From: an uncultured Clostridia bacterium
Lineage (GTDB): Bacteria; Bacillota; Clostridia; TANB77; RGIG9151
Direction: 5' to 3'
DNA: 32,000 nt
Assembly (NCBI GenBank): GCA_934500865.1
Contig: CAKSUD010000003.1
Span: 9,817-41,816, forward strand
The first letter of the stretch is position 1; the number at the start of each line of letters is the position of its first letter. A program made the position numbers and the translations under genes. This document shows, piece after piece, positions 26,089 through 32,000 of this stretch. The notes beneath the pieces were generated by a model. That model did no database searches. It saw only the letters and a program-made list of their open reading frames with translations, and had not been told where the DNA came from.

Positions 26089-26349
26089 ATGGATAACAAT
26101 ACTATTTTTATGAATTTGCAGGATTTGCAAAAGAAAGAAAAGCACGAAAAAATAAAGAGCATTATGAAGGAAGTATATCAAGCATTAAAAGAAAAGGGAT
26201 ATAATCCTATTAATCAGCTTTGCGGATACTTTGTTTCTGCGGACCCTACATATATTACTAATCACAACAATGCTAGAGCGCTAATTACCCAAGTTGAAAG
26301 AGAAGATATATTAGAAGCTATTACTGAAGAATATATTGAAAAAATGTGA
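26089..26349 (+). CDS. ireB: IreB-family regulatory phosphoprotein (UPF0297/YrzL)
   Basis: 'IMKEVYQALKEKGYNPINQLCGYFVSADPTYITNHNNARALI' is the UPF0297 core. The ATG at 26089 is 8 nt after GGGG. The track start at 26044 runs through a hairpin. Confidence 0.8.
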   Translation: MDNNTIFMNLQDLQKKEKHEKIKSIMKEVYQALKEKGYNPINQLCGYFVSADPTYITNHNNARALITQVEREDILEAITEEYIEKM

Positions 26350-26361
26350 GGAATGGTAAAT

Positions 26362-26619
26362 ATGGAAAACGAAATAGTTATGATTTATAAAACTAATGAA
26401 AAATATCAAGAGGTAGAAGGACTAATAAGCTTTTTAGCATCAGCAGGTATAAATGCACTTCGTTCGCCTCACTCTGTTATTGGTTCGGCTCTAGACCAGG
26501 TTAATGGGATATGTATATTTGTAAATAAAGAACAAGAAGAAGAGGCAAAAATTCTTATAAATGAATATTTTAATAAGAATCCTGAGTTTGTAGACTTACC
26601 GGATGAATTAAAAGATTGA
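26362..26619 (+). CDS. Small hypothetical protein, possibly DUF2007-like (beta-alpha-beta signal-transduction fold)
   Basis: 85 aa. It has two beta-alpha units, 'IVMIYKTNEKYQEVEGLISFLASAGINA' and 'ICIFVNKEQEEEAKILINEY'. The family assignment is by pattern only. Confidence 0.4.
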   Translation: MENEIVMIYKTNEKYQEVEGLISFLASAGINALRSPHSVIGSALDQVNGICIFVNKEQEEEAKILINEYFNKNPEFVDLPDELKD

Positions 26620-26625
26620 AAATTA

Positions 26626-26656
26626 TGGCTACCTAACGGTAGTCATTAATTTTTTT
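26626..26656 (+). terminator. Intrinsic terminator after the ruvX-to-DUF2007 gene string
   Basis: TGGCTACC (26626-26633) pairs with GGTAGTCA (26638-26645), including one G-U pair, followed by TTAATTTTTTT. Confidence 0.7.
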
Positions 26657-26684
26657 GACAAAAAATGCAAATTATAACTAAATT

Positions 26685-26717
26685 CGACACTAGCCTTCAA
26701 GTGTCGTTATTTTTTTT
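26685..26717 (+). terminator. Second tandem terminator-like hairpin upstream of agrB
   Basis: CGACACT (26685-26691) pairs with AGTGTCG (26700-26706), followed by TTATTTTTTTT. Confidence 0.55.
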
Positions 26718-26739
26718 GTCGAAATATGATGTAATAAAA

Positions 26740-26748
26740 TGGTAGAAT
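26740..26748 (+). promoter_or_regulatory. Candidate extended -10 promoter element for agrBD
   Basis: TGgTAGAAT (26740-26748). No good -35 occurs at 17 nt; TTGTCG is 21 nt away. It is about 75 nt upstream of the agrB start. Confidence 0.3.
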
Positions 26749-26824
26749 ACCCATTGACTGGAAGAAAAAGCCGAGTTATTATATAAGTGTCAAAACACAA
26801 GACTGTTGTGAAGGAGTGAGTGAT

Positions 26825-27442
26825 ATGTTAGAAGAACTCGGTGAAAAAATTGGAAATGCAGTTGAGAATAATCTTGATGATATAACGCCTACTCAAAAAG
26901 AGATTATTCAATATACAGTAGTACAAGTTTTTGGAGAACTCATAAAAATGGCAATAATGTTTGCTATTGTATGGCCGTTTGGAGTAGCACATTTATTATT
27001 AATAGCGATTTTTTCCATGGCGATATATAGAGTCCCATCAGGCGGGGTACATTCTAAAAGCCATATCGCTTGCTTTGTCACAAGTATGATTTTATTTATG
27101 GGAAATGTTTTAATTTCATCATTAGTAAAAGGACCACATTTAGATATTATATATATATTAATTTTTTTGATAAATATTCCTATTATTCATTATTTTGCTC
27201 CGGCAGATACAGAAATGAAACCGGTAGTAAGCAAGAAACAAAGGTTACTACTGAAAATTATTTCTTATATATGTATGACTGGTACGATATTAATCGGAAG
27301 ATTTGCTATTAATGATATAGTTATAAGAAATATATTTATATTCGGAACATTAATTCAAAGTATAACAATGTTACCATTTATATATAAAATTCTGGGAACA
27401 AGATACGGGTACAGAGACGGGATAGTAGTTCCACAAATTTAG
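26825..27442 (+). CDS. agrB: AgrB-family accessory gene regulator B (AgrD-processing membrane cysteine endopeptidase)
   Basis: Polytopic membrane protein. 'YRVPSGGVHSKSHIACFVTS' carries the His and Cys spaced 7 residues apart, as in the AgrB catalytic pair. The ATG at 26825 is 8 nt after AAGGAG; the track start (GTG 26816) lies in the SD. Confidence 0.85.
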   Translation: MLEELGEKIGNAVENNLDDITPTQKEIIQYTVVQVFGELIKMAIMFAIVWPFGVAHLLLIAIFSMAIYRVPSGGVHSKSHIACFVTSMILFMGNVLISSLVKGPHLDIIYILIFLINIPIIHYFAPADTEMKPVVSKKQRLLLKIISYICMTGTILIGRFAINDIVIRNIFIFGTLIQSITMLPFIYKILGTRYGYRDGIVVPQI

Positions 27443-27500
27443 ATTTTTTTAGAGTGGCGCGTGCTCTAAGAATATATAAAAATTAAAGGAGGAGTTTTTT

Positions 27501-27629
27501 ATGAAAAAAATGTTATGTAAGTTAACAAACAGGGTAGCAAATGTATACGGAGGAATGACAAGTAGTGCATCTATGTTCTTATTCTTAGGACAAGTAAAAA
27601 CACCGGCTTGCTTAATTAAAAAAGACTAG
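27501..27629 (+). CDS. agrD: AgrD-like cyclic autoinducing peptide precursor (42 aa), not in the ORF track
   Basis: The ATG is 6 nt after AAAGGAGGAG and 58 nt after agrB. Translation: MKKMLCKLTNRVANVYGGMTSSASMFLFLGQVKTPACLIKKD. It has a basic/amphipathic leader, a hydrophobic core 'SSASMFLFL', and a Pro-containing charged tail 'GQVKTPACLIKKD'. Confidence 0.8.
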   Translation: MKKMLCKLTNRVANVYGGMTSSASMFLFLGQVKTPACLIKKD

Positions 27630-27698
27630 TACATAAGTGACTTTACTATAAGCATAGCTTAATTATTGGCTACATAAGTTCTTAATTTGTAATTCATT

Positions 27699-27736
27699 AA
27701 AAAAGCCTCTCGACCGGTCCTCGAGAAGCTTTTTTT
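27699..27736. terminator. Bidirectional terminator between agrD (+) and the anti-sigma gene (-)
   Basis: A-run 27699-27704. GCCTCTCGA (27705-27713) pairs with TCGAGAAGC (27721-27729) with one mismatch. T-run 27730-27736. Confidence 0.8.
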
Positions 27737-28340
27737 ACTTTAATTCATATACAAACCCATCTTTTAACTCATAGAAAATTTCAACATTGTCTTTTATTAT
27801 ACTATATCCGTTTTCTGTCTTTTTAGCATCCGGATTATTTCTTAAAAATTCTTCTTCTGGAATCTCGGTCGTAACTGAATCATTATAAGGGTTTGCTAAA
27901 TCTTGTGTTATAGGGCTAAAAGAAGAGGAACGCGTAAGGCCATCGGCGATATTATTTAATGTATTTTCCAGGGTATAATATGATGACTCTAATTCTTTTA
28001 ATGGAGATGATGATTTAATCATCATTTTACGCTCCGGAAGGGTGTCAAATTTAACTGCTGTATCATCCGTACTTTGTAAAATGTATTCTCCGGTATGTAG
28101 TTTTGGAGAAAATTCATCATTAGAACTTTTACTAAATATGTTTTTATTATTTACTACATATATAGATAAACAAAGGCAAGTTACAACAAAAACCGCTGCA
28201 CAATTTTTTATCCAATAAGGTAAGTGATAAACATTATTTTTAGAATATATATTGTTTAACGTTCTTTCCTTTAGTTCATTTGACACTGTAATATTTTTTA
28301 ATTTTTTTTCAAATTCTTTCTTTAATTCTTCTTTTTTCAT
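27735..28340 (-). CDS. Putative single-pass membrane anti-sigma factor
   Basis: It starts 17 nt after the ECF sigma gene with its own AAGAGGTGA SD. It has a short cytoplasmic N-terminus, one TM ('AAVFVVTCLCLSIYVV') and an extracytoplasmic C-terminal domain of about 135 aa with no recognisable family and no HxxxCxxC zinc motif. The call is by position and topology only. Confidence 0.55.
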   Translation of the reverse strand: MKKEELKKEFEKKLKNITVSNELKERTLNNIYSKNNVYHLPYWIKNCAAVFVVTCLCLSIYVVNNKNIFSKSSNDEFSPKLHTGEYILQSTDDTAVKFDTLPERKMMIKSSSPLKELESSYYTLENTLNNIADGLTRSSSFSPITQDLANPYNDSVTTEIPEEEFLRNNPDAKKTENGYSIIKDNVEIFYELKDGFVYELK

Positions 28341-28357
28341 AATGTTTTCACCTCTTT

Positions 28358-28864
28358 CTATTCTTCTAAAATTATCTTTAGTTTTTCTTTAAGAATTTCT
28401 CTTGCTCTTTTCATTCGAGTTCTTACAGTGGCTTCAGGAATATTTAATACATTAGAAATTTCAATTGTCGAAAAATCTTTATAATAGTAGAGAATTAAAA
28501 CATCTTTATATTTAGTAGGTAATAGTAAAATTTCATTTAATACCATATTCGCAGTCTCATTATCTATTATACTTTCATCAAAACTCACAGTTTCTATTGG
28601 ATCATTAAAGTTTTCAATAGAAACTACTTTCTTTCTCCAAGCACTTTTTAAATAGTCTTTACATGTATTTATTGTTATTTTTATAATCCATGTTTTTTCA
28701 GAACTTTTTCCTTGAAATGAGCTAAGATATTTATTAACTTTTAAAAAAACATCTTGAAATATATCTTCGGCTGTGCTAGGATTTTGCATGTATAGTGTCG
28801 CTATGCGAAGAACATCATTACCGTAAAGCTCAATTAAGTTTTCAAGCTTTTCTTTATTATTCAT
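28358..28864 (-). CDS. ECF-type sigma-70 family RNA polymerase sigma factor
   Basis: Region 2 is 'AEDIFQDVFLKV...WIIKITINTCKDYL'. Region 4 HTH is 'YKDVLILYYYKDFSTIEISNVLNIPEATVRTRMKRAREIL'. 168 aa. Confidence 0.85.
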   Translation of the reverse strand: MNNKEKLENLIELYGNDVLRIATLYMQNPSTAEDIFQDVFLKVNKYLSSFQGKSSEKTWIIKITINTCKDYLKSAWRKKVVSIENFNDPIETVSFDESIIDNETANMVLNEILLLPTKYKDVLILYYYKDFSTIEISNVLNIPEATVRTRMKRAREILKEKLKIILEE

Positions 28865-28891
28865 AACTTCAACTCCTACGGTTAATTATTA

Positions 28892-28918
28892 GACGAATTA
28901 ACGCTTAATTTTGTTTCA
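28892..28918 (-). promoter_or_regulatory. ECF-type (autoregulatory) promoter
   Basis: On the minus strand: TGAAAC (28918-28913), 17 nt spacer, CGTC (28895-28892). This is the AAC...CGT architecture of ECF promoters, about 25 nt upstream of the sigma-factor SD. Confidence 0.65.
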
Positions 28919-28973
28919 ATTATAGTATGACATATTTTTTAATATTTTTCAAAGGGATTTTGGAGGGACTTGT

Positions 28974-30308
28974 ATGGACTATTATATTTTAACACCAATT
29001 TCATTTTTATTGAGAATTTTGGAGGCATTTTCTCAATTTAGCTTAGTTTTAGTTATTTTAGACAAAAACATTTTTAATAAGAAACATCTTTTTGGAGCAA
29101 TATTGTTTTCGGTAATTTTTGAATTAGGAAAGTCGATTTGCCCACAATATTTATCTGGATTTTTAGCCATTATATTAGGTGTTCCTTTTATATCTATATA
29201 TTTTAAAGAAAAAGTATGGAAAGTTGGGATATCTTATATAATTACCGGAATAGGTGTGGCATTTTTAGATTTTATAGTTTTACTATGTTTATCATTGATA
29301 TTTCACATTCAAAAGTTTGATGATATTGCAAATATGCCATTGTTATATAACTTAGGCTGTTTAATAATTTCCATGTCTTTATTAGGAATAAGTTATGTGA
29401 TTTATTTAGTAAAGAGAAAGCGTAATATAAAACTTGAAGCTTTACCTAAGGCTACAACAGGATTGATTAATGCAATTGCAACATTTTTATTGTTAGTACC
29501 GAACCTAGTTATGCTTTTATATTATCATGATGATAAAAATATACCACTTATAATTATAATCATAAATATTCTTGCAATTATAGCAATGTTCTTTGTAAGT
29601 ACATATAACACTAAGAAAGGCTTTGAATTAGTAACTGCTGAGCAAGAATTAGTAACTCAAAAGACGTATAATAAAACTCTACAAAATCTTGTAGATGGAC
29701 TACGTACGTTTAAACATGATTATAACAATACACTTCAAACGATGTATGGTTATATACAACTAAATAATATGACTGCACTACGAGAATTTTTTGAACAAAT
29801 ATTGGATGAGTCAAGAGCCATAACGGCATTAGATAAATTAAATCCTGATCTTTTTAAAAATCCAAGTTTGTTTGGATTAATTACTGCGAAATATGAATAT
29901 GCAAGACAAAATAATGTTAATATAAACTTTGAAATGTATGGAAAACTTGAAAATGCTAATATGCAAATATATGATTTGACAAGAACTCTTGGAATATTTT
30001 TAGATAATGCAATTGAGGCATCTGCCGGAAGCGATAAGAAAAAGGTTAACTTTATGGTATGTGAAAGAAGAGGGAAAGTAGTTATCGAAATTACTAATTC
30101 ATATTCAGAAACAGGGTTAACGATAGAAAATATAAATGATAAGGGTATGTCTTCAAAAGGAGAAAATAGAGGATTAGGTTTATATAAAGTTAAGGAAATA
30201 TTAAAGAAGTACTCTAATGTTAAGCATGAAACAACAGCGTCAAAAGGTATGTTTATGCAAAGACTTACCATAAGTAAAATAAAAGAAAATTCAAAACAAA
30301 AATGTTAG
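28974..30308 (+). CDS. AgrC-like (HPK10 family) membrane sensor histidine kinase
   Basis: About six N-terminal TM helices. H-box 'FKHDYNNTLQTMYGY', N-box 'IFLDNAIEAS', G-box 'NRGLGLYKV'. The ATG is 6 nt after GGAGGG. Confidence 0.8.
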   Translation: MDYYILTPISFLLRILEAFSQFSLVLVILDKNIFNKKHLFGAILFSVIFELGKSICPQYLSGFLAIILGVPFISIYFKEKVWKVGISYIITGIGVAFLDFIVLLCLSLIFHIQKFDDIANMPLLYNLGCLIISMSLLGISYVIYLVKRKRNIKLEALPKATTGLINAIATFLLLVPNLVMLLYYHDDKNIPLIIIIINILAIIAMFFVSTYNTKKGFELVTAEQELVTQKTYNKTLQNLVDGLRTFKHDYNNTLQTMYGYIQLNNMTALREFFEQILDESRAITALDKLNPDLFKNPSLFGLITAKYEYARQNNVNINFEMYGKLENANMQIYDLTRTLGIFLDNAIEASAGSDKKKVNFMVCERRGKVVIEITNSYSETGLTIENINDKGMSSKGENRGLGLYKVKEILKKYSNVKHETTASKGMFMQRLTISKIKENSKQKC

Positions 30309-30320
30309 GAGGAAATTTAT

Positions 30321-31310
30321 ATGTTAAAAGTAACCGTTTTTGATACAAAGCAATATGATATTGCCGGTTTTGAAAAATACGGAAAGGAAAATGATATTAA
30401 TTTTAAGTTTTTTGACACAAAACTTACAGAGGATACTGTGGGTTTAACAAGAGGATCTGACGCAGTAGTAGTGTTTGTAAACGATACTGTAAATGAAAAG
30501 GTTATAAAGGAGTTATGCGAAAATGGAGTTAAATTAATAGCATTAAGATGTGCCGGATTTAATAATGTGGATTTAAAAGCTGCACAAGGCAAAATAGCTG
30601 TTGTAAGAGTTCCGGCATATTCTCCATACGCGGTAGCTGAACATACAATGGCACTACTACTTACATCACTTAGAAGAATTCATAAGGCATATAACAGGAC
30701 AAGGGAATTTAATTTTAGTCTTAACGGACTTACCGGGTTCGATTTACATGGAAAGACGATAGGGGTAGTAGGAACAGGAAAAATAGGAAAGATATTTATT
30801 AATATTTGTAAGGGTTTTGGAATGAACGTAATAGCATATGATTTATACCCTGACAATAATGCAGATATAAAATATGTAAGTTTAGATGAATTATTTGCGA
30901 ATAGTGATATTATTTCTCTTCATTGTCCACTTACAGCAGACAATAAGTATTTAATTAATAAAGAAACAATTGCTAAGATGAAGAAAGGTGTTTATATTTT
31001 AAATACTTCTAGGGGAATGTTAATTGATGCAGAAGCATTAATTGAGGGAATAAAAGAGAAAAAGGTTGGCGCAGCTTGTCTGGATGTTTATGAGGAAGAA
31101 AATGATATCTTCTTTAAAGATTATTCGGGACATATATTGCAGGACGATATTTTAGCTAGACTTATTTCTATGCCAAATGTTATCATTACATCTCATCAGG
31201 CATTTTTAACTGAGGAAGCTTTGGATAATATAGCGAATACTACTGCAAAAAATATAAAGACTTTTTTTGATGATGGAAAATGCGAAAATGAAATAGCATA
31301 TAAAGAGTAA
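30321..31310 (+). CDS. ldhA: Fermentative D-lactate dehydrogenase (D-2-hydroxyacid dehydrogenase)
   Basis: It is collinear with E. coli LdhA along its whole length: 'STKQYD', 'IALRCAGFNNVDL', 'VRVPAYSPYAVAEH', 'GVVGTGKIG', 'SLHCPLT', 'NTSRG', 'LDVYEEE', 'SHQAFLTEEAL'. It starts 12 nt after the kinase stop, with an AGGAGG SD. Confidence 0.9.
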   Translation: MLKVTVFDTKQYDIAGFEKYGKENDINFKFFDTKLTEDTVGLTRGSDAVVVFVNDTVNEKVIKELCENGVKLIALRCAGFNNVDLKAAQGKIAVVRVPAYSPYAVAEHTMALLLTSLRRIHKAYNRTREFNFSLNGLTGFDLHGKTIGVVGTGKIGKIFINICKGFGMNVIAYDLYPDNNADIKYVSLDELFANSDIISLHCPLTADNKYLINKETIAKMKKGVYILNTSRGMLIDAEALIEGIKEKKVGAACLDVYEEENDIFFKDYSGHILQDDILARLISMPNVIITSHQAFLTEEALDNIANTTAKNIKTFFDDGKCENEIAYKE

Positions 31311-31317
31311 AAAATGA

Positions 31318-31343
31318 CGCAAAGCTTAGCTTTGCGCCATTTT
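31318..31343. terminator. Bidirectional terminator between ldhA (+) and the repeat-protein gene (-)
   Basis: CGCAAAGC (31318-31325) pairs with GCTTTGCG (31329-31336), with a TTA loop. AAAA lies upstream and CCATTTT downstream. Confidence 0.75.
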
Positions 31344-31349
31344 ATGTTA

Positions 31350-32000
31350 TTAATAAATTCTTAATTTGATGTATTCTGTATCGCCTGTGTTGTACTTTAC
31401 TTTTAATTCAGTAGTCCCTTTTTTCTTAGGAGTTACTGTAATTTTTTCTGATTTTGTTAGGCTAGTTTTAGATAAACTAACATAGCTACTATCATAAGTT
31501 ATTGTTGCACTTTTTGCATCGAAAACATCTAAGTTTATTGCAAGAGCAAGATTTCCGTTATAGCTAAAGCTTATTTCACGAGAAGTTGTTGTATTGTCAT
31601 CGTCATCTATAATAACATCAATATAATCTGTATCTCCTGTATCATATTTGATCTTTATTGTAGTTTCTCCGGCTTTTTTAGCAGTTACAGTAACTTTACC
31701 TGAACTTGTAAGTTTTGTTTTAGATAAACTGATGTATTTGTCATCATAAGTTAAAGTAGCTTTGTCTGCATCGTAATCTTCAAGATCTATATAGATAGTA
31801 TCTTTTTCACCAACACTAAGTTTTATTTCATCATCGTTATCGTCGTCATCATCGTCTTCAATGATAACATCAATGTATTCTGTATCACCTGTATTAAATT
31901 TAACTTTAATTGTGGTTTCGCCTTCTTTTAGGGCTTTAATAGTAACTTTACCTGAACTTGTAAGCTTTGTTTTAGATAAACTGATGTATTCATCGTCATA
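31350..32000 (-). CDS. C-terminal 216 aa of a surface protein made of tandem bacterial Ig-like (Big_2-type) modules joined by poly-Asp linkers; the 5' end lies outside the window
   Basis: The minus-strand frame is open from 32000 to the TAA at 31352-31350 and contains no Met, so it is absent from the track. Translation: YDDEYISLSKTKLTSSGKVTIKALKEGETTIKVKFNTGDTEYIDVIIEDDDDDDNDDEIKLSVGEKDTIYIDLEDYDADKATLTYDDKYISLSKTKLTSSGKVTVTAKKAGETTIKIKYDTGDTDYIDVIIDDDDNTTTSREISF...LKVKYNTGDTEYIKLRIY*. Confidence 0.75.
   Translation of the reverse strand, partial: YDDEYISLSKTKLTSSGKVTIKALKEGETTIKVKFNTGDTEYIDVIIEDDDDDDNDDEIKLSVGEKDTIYIDLEDYDADKATLTYDDKYISLSKTKLTSSGKVTVTAKKAGETTIKIKYDTGDTDYIDVIIDDDDNTTTSREISFSYNGNLALAINLDVFDAKSATITYDSSYVSLSKTSLTKSEKITVTPKKKGTTELKVKYNTGDTEYIKLRIY
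31390..32000 (-). repeat. 252-bp (84-codon) tandem repeat, about 2.4 copies in the window
   Basis: GATAAACT recurs at 31471, 31723 and 31975, exactly 252 nt apart. GTAACTTTACCTGAACTTGTAAG is identical in the two right-hand copies. The leftmost copy is more diverged. Confidence 0.8.

Noticed and set aside
26665-26745. 26-codon ORF (MQIITKFDTSLQVSLFFLSKYDVIKW) in the agr upstream region, considered as a possible second small peptide.
   Set aside because: It has no Shine-Dalgarno, it runs through the second terminator hairpin and T-tract, and its sequence has no AgrD-like or other peptide features.
27450-27468. Short hairpin TAGAG...CTCTA between agrB and agrD.
   Set aside because: It has only 5 Watson-Crick pairs plus 2 G-U pairs and no T-tract. 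That is too weak to support a regulatory claim.
27630-27679. 9-bp direct repeat TACATAAGT (27630-27638 and 27671-27679) downstream of agrD, considered as possible LytTR-type binding boxes.
   Set aside because: The spacing of 41 nt is not the approximately 21-nt periodicity of AgrA boxes. The location is downstream of the operon, not at a promoter. A 9-mer repeat in a 100-nt AT-rich spacer could be chance.
28865-28973. sigmaA promoter for the AgrC-like kinase gene in the divergent intergenic region.
   Set aside because: Several weak TTGnnn/TAnnnT combinations exist, but none has acceptable spacing. No call is made.
570-30592. Many track ORFs lie antisense to, or in alternative frames of, well-supported genes. 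They are 570-779, 1106-1423, 2090-2311, 2622-2888, 3517-3777, 3774-4154, 4121-4306, 7155-7364, 7470-7820, 7870-8100, 8151-8345, 9884-10270, 10709-11008, 12890-13141, 13648-13953, 16187-16408, 18493-18861, 18951-19187, 19357-19617, 19869-20102, 20948-21148, 21167-21382, 21795-21992, 22430-22777, 23527-23784, 23912-24181, 24653-24883, 25248-25586, 27070-27312, 29750-30271 and 30317-30592.
   Set aside because: Each is fully embedded in a gene with clear family motifs. They have low-complexity or Ile/Phe/Ser/Leu-rich translations typical of antisense reading of AT-rich coding DNA, no Shine-Dalgarno sequence, and no recognisable motifs.
14169-31310. Possibility that the long-form Ddl plus the D-lactate dehydrogenase constitute a van-like D-Ala-D-Lac resistance module.
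   Set aside because: The two genes are 15 kb apart in different operons. No VanX/VanY-type dipeptidase or VanRS pair is present. The dehydrogenase is collinear with fermentative LdhA rather than distinctive for VanH. Ligase specificity cannot be read from motifs here.
1-32000. Search for CRISPR arrays, tRNA/rRNA genes, transposases, integrases, inverted terminal repeats and toxin-antitoxin-like gene pairs.
   Set aside because: None was seen. Intergenic regions are short (at most about 205 nt) and are accounted for by promoters, terminators and leaders. The only tandem repeat is the coding 252-bp repeat at the right edge.

Overview
Low-GC chromosomal segment from an anaerobic, endospore-forming Firmicute (Clostridia-like). 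The evidence is a SpoVK-type AAA ATPase, a CotF-like coat protein, an alpha/beta SASP behind a sigmaG-type promoter, and the HydE/G/F [FeFe]-hydrogenase maturases. All identifications come from reading motifs in the supplied translations and the DNA; no searches were run.

Gene order, left to right:
- spoVK 3' end, then an SLH lipoprotein and a membrane protein.
- A leader with an intrinsic terminator, then a TM1266-type regulator and hydE-hydG-hydF.
- Minus strand: two small coat-protein genes, then a four-gene operon (membrane GT2 synthase, MgtC-family, murA, MBL hydrolase) under a TTGACA-17-TATTAT promoter.
- rimO, an alpha/beta hydrolase, a membrane-anchored MurF-like ligase and ddl.
- An acyl-CoA synthetase under a perfect consensus promoter.
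- A roughly 7.7 kb cyclic beta-1,2-glucan synthase (GT84, cyclization domain, GH94) that is split into two ORFs.
- ruvX, a DUF1292 protein, a SASP, ireB and a DUF2007-like protein.
- An agr-type quorum-sensing region: agrB, then a 42-codon agrD that is absent from the ORF track. A convergent ECF sigma/anti-sigma pair interrupts the region. An AgrC-like kinase follows with no response regulator, and ldhA sits directly behind it.
- A Met-less partial ORF on the minus strand at the right edge, encoding tandem Ig-like repeats.

No rRNA, tRNA, CRISPR array, transposase or integrase was seen. The most interesting items are the non-canonical agr locus with its Ser-type AgrD, the split cyclic glucan synthase with a hairpin-masked ribosome-binding site, and the MurF-like ligase whose N-terminal domain is replaced by a polytopic membrane domain.
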